From Polyangiales bacterium (lineage in GTDB: Bacteria; Myxococcota_A; Polyangia; Polyangiales; Polyangiaceae): a DNA stretch of 13,028 nt. The notes under the pieces are model-generated. The model searched no databases. It was not told the DNA's origin and worked only from the letters and a program-made list of their open reading frames with translations. A program made the position numbers and the translations under genes. This document shows, in pieces, positions 1-5,409 of this stretch (positions are counted from its first letter, which is position 1; each line of letters starts with the position of its first letter). Where the stretch lies: positions 1 through 13,028 of the forward strand of contig JBBRNJ010000134.1 of NCBI GenBank assembly GCA_038230375.1, read 5' to 3'.

Positions 1-1352
1 CTCTCTGCGCGCGTGACGCCGGTCATCAGGAGACCGACGTGCGCGTTGTCACCAAGGTCCTGCTTCAATCGCAGCACGTTGTAAGCCGTGAGCGGCTCGA
101 GCAAGCGGCTCTCCCGCGACCCGCCTGCGAGCTCCACCATCGCGTCGTTTCGTCCCGTGACGGCGCTGAGCGTGCCGATGGAGAGCTTCTCGCCGAGTCG
201 TCCGGTCAGCTTGGTTGCTCCATAGATCGGGGATGGCTCGGGCAAGTCGACGAGCTTCTCGCCATACGGTGACGACGAGCGAAGCTGCGGCTGCTCGGGC
301 GCGCGACCGATCCGCTTCGTGTAGACGAGCTGCAGACCGAGCTTCGGCGCCACGAGATCCGAGCCTTCCAGGAAGAATGGACGCTTCTCGGGTTTGTAGA
401 CCTCGAACGTGGACAGGTTCAGGACCACCTGGTCTGCCTCCACCTGCGAGAAGTCCGGGTTGAGCGTCGCGTCCAGCGTGAGGTCTTGCGATGGGTGCCA
501 CTTTGCGTCCAGGCCCGCGCTGGGGGTGAAGTCGACGCCAGCGCCGGTGGTGTCCGCGGTCGCTTGTCTGCTGCGGAGGCGAAGCACGACGAACGGCCGA
601 AGCTCCACGCTGCTCTTCGGTGTGAGCCCGCGCAGCCCTTCGAGGCGTCCGTAGCGCGACACCTCCGCTGCGGTCGTTCGCGGGATGTATGACCACTCGT
701 CCGTCTCCTGCTTCGCGGAGATGTAGCGGCGCACCTGCAGCCCCCAGGACTGCTCGGCGGCACGGGGGAAGCGAAGCACACGGAGCGGGATGCGCAGCTC
801 CGCGCTCCAGCCGTGCTCGCCCACCCACGTCTTCGCCTCCCAGTTGTCGTCCCAGTCCGCGGAGTACTCGACGTCGTTCGTGCGCGCGGCATCGACGAGC
901 ACTCCGGACGCGTTGACCAGGAACTCCAGCGCGCTCTTCCGGTCGCTCCGCGTGTCCAGGCTCACGGAGACCGAGTCGGACTCCACGTTGCGATCACGTC
1001 GCGTCAGGCGCAGCGCGATGGGTGAGCTCACCTGCGGGCAGTCGATGCCGACATAGATCGCGTCGTCGTCGTAGAGGACCTTCGCAGTGGTGATCTCGCT
1101 TGGCGCGGCGCCGCTCTGGGGGGTCTTCTGCGTGAAGCCGCCGGCCGTGGGTGCGTCACGCCATGCCGGCTCCGTGAGGCGGCCGTCGAGGACCGGCGGC
1201 GCGGTCACGCGCACCGCGTGTAACGAACGCACCACGTCGGCGGCGCTCGGTGAAGGCTCATTGATAGACGGGTCTGCGGCGAGCACCTGCGTCGACACGA
1301 GCGCGAACGCGAACGCGAGGAGCGACGCGAGGAGCCGGGCACGTGCGACCAT
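1..1352 (-). CDS. Exported CBM9-like (sugar-binding/DOMON-like) + DUF5916 domain protein, partial (runs off the window start)
   Basis: Hand-translated from ATG at 1352; open for 450 codons to the window edge. Signal peptide MVARARLLASLLAFAFALVSTQVLA. CBM9-like motifs PPVLDGRLTEPAW, VLYDDDAIYVG, EFLVNASG, WDDNW, GWSAELRIP. DUF5916 motifs LDATLNPDFSQVEAD, PEKRPFFLEG, YTKRIG, IYGATKLTGR. Not in the ORF track because it has no stop in the window. Confidence 0.88.
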   Translation of the reverse strand, partial: MVARARLLASLLAFAFALVSTQVLAADPSINEPSPSAADVVRSLHAVRVTAPPVLDGRLTEPAWRDAPTAGGFTQKTPQSGAAPSEITTAKVLYDDDAIYVGIDCPQVSSPIALRLTRRDRNVESDSVSVSLDTRSDRKSALEFLVNASGVLVDAARTNDVEYSADWDDNWEAKTWVGEHGWSAELRIPLRVLRFPRAAEQSWGLQVRRYISAKQETDEWSYIPRTTAAEVSRYGRLEGLRGLTPKSSVELRPFVVLRLRSRQATADTTGAGVDFTPSAGLDAKWHPSQDLTLDATLNPDFSQVEADQVVLNLSTFEVYKPEKRPFFLEGSDLVAPKLGLQLVYTKRIGRAPEQPQLRSSSPYGEKLVDLPEPSPIYGATKLTGRLGEKLSIGTLSAVTGRNDAMVELAGGSRESRLLEPLTAYNVLRLKQDLGDNAHVGLLMTGVTRAE

Positions 1353-1360
1353 GGACCCCC

Positions 1361-1366
1361 AACCTA
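1361..1366 (-). promoter_or_regulatory. Candidate -10 element (TAGGTT) 8 nt upstream of the DUF5916 ATG
   Basis: Minus strand reads TGCCA-TAGGTT-GGGGGTCC-ATG; matches TAnnnT; no convincing -35. Confidence 0.35.
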
Positions 1367-1445
1367 TGGCAAATCCGGTCATGATGGGCAGGTGCCAGGA
1401 GTCATCATTGCGAAACCAGACCGCCGCTCCGCGCGTAGAGGGAAG

Positions 1446-3116
1446 ATGAGAGGCCAACGGCCGATGCGCCTCGTGTTCGCGGCGCTCGCCCTTCCCATTG
1501 TCGCGGCTGGGTGCGCGGAGCGTGTTCGTGCGCAGGATGCGCGCTCCGCCTCCGGCGCTCCCACGACCACCGTGGCGACGGATGGTGCACCACGCGATGC
1601 GCTGTCCTGGAGCGCATACGGCAAGGACGCGTTCGACCGCGCGAAGCGGGAGAACAAGCTGGTCCTGCTGGATGGCGCCGCGGAGTGGTGCCACTGGTGC
1701 CACGTGATGGAGGCGACGAGCTACCACGACGCCCGCGTCCGCAAGATCCTCGACGAGAGCTTCATCACCATCAAGGTCGACGTCGACGCGCGCCCCGATC
1801 TGGAGGAGCGCTACGGGGACTGGGGATGGCCCGCCACCATCCTCTTCTCCCCCGACGCGCAGGAGATCGCGAAGTACAAGGGATACATCGCGCCGGACGA
1901 TCTCGTGCGCTTGCTCGAGGAGGCCGTCCGCGCGAGCCGAGAGCGAAAGGACGGCGCCGACGCCCACGAGGTCACACGCCTGAAGCTCTCAGCCGACGCG
2001 GTCGCCTATGCAGCACGGGACACGCAGGCACGACTGGACTCTTACTGGGATGACGAAGAGGGCGGGTGGGGTCGCATGCAGAAGGCCCCCATCGGCGGAA
2101 ACAATGCGTGGCTCCTCTCACTCGCGCGCGGCGGAGATGCGGAGGCGCGGAAGAAGGCGGAGCTCACGCTCCACAAGCAGGCGAAGATCATCGACCCCGT
2201 CTGGGGTGGCATCTACCAGTACTCCGCGGCGAGCGACTGGGACCATCCTCACTTCGAGAAGCTTGCCACGTTCCAGGGGCCAGCGATCGAGAACTACGCA
2301 GACGCATTCGCGCTCACGGGAGATGCATTCTACAAGGACCGCGCGCTCCTCGTTCGTCGCTACGTCCGCGAGCACCTCACCGACAAGAGCGGCGGCTTCT
2401 ACACGACGCAGGACGCAGACCTCAACGCGCACGACCGGACTCGCCCGTTCCTCAGCGGCCACGACTTCTACGCGAAGAGCGACCCGAAGCGCCGCGCCCT
2501 CGGGGAGCCGCGCGTGGACACACACATCTATGCACGCGAGAACGGGCTCCTCATCAGCGCGCACGCGGCGCTCTACGAGGCCACCAAGGATCCGTCCGCG
2601 CTCGCCGCTGCTGTGACCGCCGCAAACGCCGTGTACGCGACGCACGCGACGTCGTCGGGCGCCGTGGCCCACGACGCGGAGCCAAAGGCCAAGGTACTCT
2701 TCCTGGCGGACAACGCCGCGTTCGGGCTGGCCTGCGCCCGCCTCTACGGGGCCACGAAGGATCCCGTGCATCTGGAGCGCGCCCGCAAGATCGCGGCGTT
2801 CATCGAGTCGGAGCTCGCGGCGCCCGACGCTGGAACGGACAGGGCACGCGGGCTCTTCGCGAGCACGAAGGATCCCGATGCATCCGGCGTCTTCGCCACA
2901 CGTCGCCTCCCGTTCGAGCACGAGGTCGTCGCGCTGCGCTTCTTCGCTCGCCTCGCAGCGCACGATCCCGCGTGGGCCGCGACGCACGCCTGCTTCGTGG
3001 CCGACGTGATGAGCGCCGTGACCACGCCCGAGGACATCCACGGCCAGGGACGCTGGCTGGGCGACTACCTGCTCGCCGAATCCGAGACACGCGCCCTGCG
3101 CTCGCGCTGCCACTGA
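1446..3116 (+). CDS. Thioredoxin-domain protein, DUF255/YyaL/SPATA20 family (thioredoxin fold + alpha/alpha barrel), probable lipoprotein
   Basis: Motifs AFDRAKRENK, AEWCHWCHVME, FITIKVD, RPDLEERY..WGWPAT, IIDPVWGGIYQYS, WDHPHFEK, GGFYTTQDAD. N-terminus MRLVFAALALPIVAAGC resembles a lipobox. Start could be ATG 1446 or ATG 1464 (GAGAGG upstream); the track start at 1392 is probably too long. Confidence 0.88.
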   Translation: MRGQRPMRLVFAALALPIVAAGCAERVRAQDARSASGAPTTTVATDGAPRDALSWSAYGKDAFDRAKRENKLVLLDGAAEWCHWCHVMEATSYHDARVRKILDESFITIKVDVDARPDLEERYGDWGWPATILFSPDAQEIAKYKGYIAPDDLVRLLEEAVRASRERKDGADAHEVTRLKLSADAVAYAARDTQARLDSYWDDEEGGWGRMQKAPIGGNNAWLLSLARGGDAEARKKAELTLHKQAKIIDPVWGGIYQYSAASDWDHPHFEKLATFQGPAIENYADAFALTGDAFYKDRALLVRRYVREHLTDKSGGFYTTQDADLNAHDRTRPFLSGHDFYAKSDPKRRALGEPRVDTHIYARENGLLISAHAALYEATKDPSALAAAVTAANAVYATHATSSGAVAHDAEPKAKVLFLADNAAFGLACARLYGATKDPVHLERARKIAAFIESELAAPDAGTDRARGLFASTKDPDASGVFATRRLPFEHEVVALRFFARLAAHDPAWAATHACFVADVMSAVTTPEDIHGQGRWLGDYLLAESETRALRSRCH

Positions 3117-3180
3117 CCCCACGTGCCACTCCGCATACGTATTGTTCGACGCGGCGAAAATCTCGGCTAAGAGACACGGC

Positions 3181-4572
3181 GTGACCGAGAAGACCATCCA
3201 TTTCCGAAGCCTGGGCTGCCCGAAGAACCGGGTCGACTCCGAGGTCATGCTCGGGGTCGCGAAGAAGCACGGCTACGCGATCACCGAGGCCGAGGACGCC
3301 CAGGTGATCGTGGTGAACACGTGCGGCTTCATCGGCGAGGCCAAGAAGGAGTCCATCGACACCATCTTCGAGCTTGCGGAGCTGAAGAAGAACGGCGCGT
3401 GCGAGAAGCTCGTCGTCACGGGCTGCCTGTCGCAGCGCTACCCGAACGAGCTGTCCGCGCAGATGGCGGAGGTGGACCATTTCCTCGGCTCTTCCGACAT
3501 GCTGAAGCTCGGCGACGTGCTCGACGGCAAGGCGGATCGCATGCTCGTGGGCAACCCGGCGGACTGGGTCGTGCGCGCGACCGACCCGCGCGTCCTCAGC
3601 CAGAACCAGTTCTTCGCGTACGTGAAGATCGCCGAAGGCTGCAACCGATCGTGTGCATTCTGCACCATTCCTGAGTTTCGCGGGAAGCAGCGCTCGCGTC
3701 CGGCGGACGACATCGCGAAGGAGGTGCGGAACCTGGCGCAGCAGGGCGTCCGCGAGGTGAACCTCATCTCGCAAGACACCGTGAGCTACGGCCGCGACCT
3801 CGAAAAGGCGGAGCGCACCGCCCTTGCGGAGCTCGTACGCAAGGTCGCAGACACGAAGGGCATCGACTGGGTGCGCCTCTTCTATCTCTATCCCGAAAAC
3901 ATCGACGAGGCGCTCCTCGAGCTGCTCGCCAACCACCCGCGCGTGGTGCCCTACGTGGACATGCCGCTCCAGCACGCGTCCGACGCGATGCTCAAGCGCA
4001 TGCGCCGCGGACACGGAAAAAACAGGCAGATGCGCGTGGTCGAGACCATGCGCGAGAAGATCCCGAACCTCACGTTTCGCACGGCGTTCATCGTCGGCCA
4101 CCCGGGCGAGACCGACGCAGAGTTCCAGGAGCTCTGCGACTTCGTGGAGTGGGCGCAGTTCGAGCACGTCGGCGTGTTCCGCTACTCTGACGAGGAGAGC
4201 GCAAAGTCGTACAAGCTCGAGGACAAGGTCCCCGAGAAGATCATCGGCAAGCGCCACCGCACGCTGATGCAGCTACAGCGCAAGATCGCCCGCAAGAAGA
4301 ACAAGGCGAAGGTCGGGCAAGAGCTCATGGTCCTGGTGGAAGGTCCGAGCGAGGAGCACGAGTTCGTGATGCAGGGTCGCCACGCCGGCCAGGCCCCCGA
4401 CGTCGACGGACAGGTCTATCTCTCCGGCGCGGAGGTGCACGCGGGAGAGATGCGGCGCGTCCGGATCGATCAGGCGAGCGACTACGATCTCGTGGGAGAA
4501 GTGATCGACAACGGCGCCACCCTCATGGCCCGCCCGGCCCCGAAGAAGAAAGTAAGCCTTCGGGTCATCTGA
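3181..4572 (+). CDS. rimO: Ribosomal protein S12 methylthiotransferase RimO
   Basis: UPF0004 domain LGCPKNRVDSE, VVNTCGFI, VVTGCLSQRY; radical SAM YVKIAEGCNRSCAFCTIP; WVRLFYLYP, YVDMPLQH, RTAFIVGHPGET; C-terminal TRAM domain with APDVDG. LGCPKN-x-VDSE distinguishes RimO from MiaB. GTG 3181 preferred over TTG 3142. Confidence 0.95.
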   Translation: MTEKTIHFRSLGCPKNRVDSEVMLGVAKKHGYAITEAEDAQVIVVNTCGFIGEAKKESIDTIFELAELKKNGACEKLVVTGCLSQRYPNELSAQMAEVDHFLGSSDMLKLGDVLDGKADRMLVGNPADWVVRATDPRVLSQNQFFAYVKIAEGCNRSCAFCTIPEFRGKQRSRPADDIAKEVRNLAQQGVREVNLISQDTVSYGRDLEKAERTALAELVRKVADTKGIDWVRLFYLYPENIDEALLELLANHPRVVPYVDMPLQHASDAMLKRMRRGHGKNRQMRVVETMREKIPNLTFRTAFIVGHPGETDAEFQELCDFVEWAQFEHVGVFRYSDEESAKSYKLEDKVPEKIIGKRHRTLMQLQRKIARKKNKAKVGQELMVLVEGPSEEHEFVMQGRHAGQAPDVDGQVYLSGAEVHAGEMRRVRIDQASDYDLVGEVIDNGATLMARPAPKKKVSLRVI

Positions 4573-4584
4573 GGAGGGACGAGG

Positions 4585-4821
4585 AACTTCGACCTCGCGA
4601 CTGCGACTTCGACTTCGACGACGACTTCGACCTCGCGACTGCGACTTCGACGACGACCTCGCGACTTCGACGACGACCTCGCGACTTCGACGACGACTTC
4701 GACTTCGACGACGACTTCGCGACTTCGACGACGACTTCGACTTCGACGACGACGACGACGACGACTTCGACGACGACTTCGCGACTTCGACGACGACTTC
4801 GACTTCGACGACGACTTCGAC
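4585..4821. repeat. Modular intergenic simple-sequence repeat array built from GAC, GACTTC/GACCTC/GACTGC and GC units
   Basis: About 10 copies of the 18-mer GACTTC-GAC-GAC-GACYTC (e.g. 4611, 4643, 4663, 4683, 4701, 4721, 4783, 4801). Identical 38-mers at 4681-4718 and 4781-4818; identical tandem 20-mers at 4643-4662 and 4663-4682; GAC run at 4745-4765. Confidence 0.95.
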
Positions 4822-5223
4822 CTACTTCGCTGCTGGGACTGTGATGTCGATCGACGGGGAGCGGGTGTCTCCCGTCTCCTGGGTGATCTCGATCACGTCC
4901 CTGGGCGCGGCGGTGACGTCCATGTCCCAGGTGCCCGCTTCGTCGGCTTGCGTACCCGTCACGCGCTCGCTGCGCGGGATGGCTGGGTTCTGGTTGAAGG
5001 CGATCAGAAGGGCGTTCGGCGTGGCGCTCTGGACACCGTGGAGATGGACCTTGCCGGGGATGGTGCTGGCCGTGATCGAGGGCTCCGTTGGGGGCGGGAG
5101 CGGCAGGGTCGGGGTCGTACAGGACGCAAGGAACGCCAGCACGACACCGAGCAAGCCCGCACGGCCAGCACGCAGCCCGTCGGGGCTTCGTCGGCTCGAC
5201 ACCGATGGCCGCGTCCTTTCCAC
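4822..5223 (-). CDS. Small hypothetical lipoprotein with post-Cys Pro-rich tether and beta-rich, possibly Ig-like, domain
   Basis: Lipobox GLLGVVLAFLAS-C followed by TTPTLPLPPP, then GKVHLHG, ADEAGTWDMDV, RDVIEITQ; TAG at 4822-4824. Start GTG 5223 or GTG 5202 (AAGGA upstream). The track extension to 5847 overlaps the next gene and is not credible. Confidence 0.78.
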   Translation of the reverse strand: MERTRPSVSSRRSPDGLRAGRAGLLGVVLAFLASCTTPTLPLPPPTEPSITASTIPGKVHLHGVQSATPNALLIAFNQNPAIPRSERVTGTQADEAGTWDMDVTAAPRDVIEITQETGDTRSPSIDITVPAAK

Positions 5224-5230
5224 AGCCAAC

Positions 5231-5239
5231 AGCGTAGCA
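5231..5239 (-). promoter_or_regulatory. Candidate extended -10 promoter (TG-C-TACGCT) for the small lipoprotein gene
   Basis: Minus strand AAATG-TGC-TACGCT-GTTGGCT-GTG; TGn + TAnnnT, 7 nt before GTG 5223. Confidence 0.5.
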
Positions 5240-5409
5240 CATTTCGGGCCAATACCCGCGCGCTTTCGCTGCCGATCGGGGTTCGAGCTTGCCGCCAACC
5301 TAGTTGTCTTCGCATCACCCACGGTGCCACCTCCCATTCCCTTTGCACTGGGCGGGTCTTTCGAGAGAAAAGGGGTTGGCCCCTCCTCGAGGAGCCTCCT
5401 CGCGAATTG

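Noticed and set aside
39..1449. Short ORFs listed in the track over 1-1450
   Set aside because: All are explained as shadows of the real minus-strand CBM9/DUF5916 gene, which the track missed.
3135..3142. Palindrome ATACGTAT upstream of rimO
   Set aside because: Only 8 bp and single-copy; no support for function.
2118..4257. Long antisense ORFs 2118..3248 and 2800..4257
   Set aside because: Shadow ORFs opposite the DUF255 gene and rimO, expected in high-GC DNA; no recognisable motifs.
4585..4821. CRISPR array interpretation of the repeat
   Set aside because: No unique spacers, no constant-length repeat, no leader and no cas genes in the window.
4585..4821. UUCG tetraloop or GAA mini-hairpin structures from the many CTTCG motifs
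   Set aside because: The flanks (GAC...AC) are not complementary, so the C(UUCG)G closing pair and stems cannot form.
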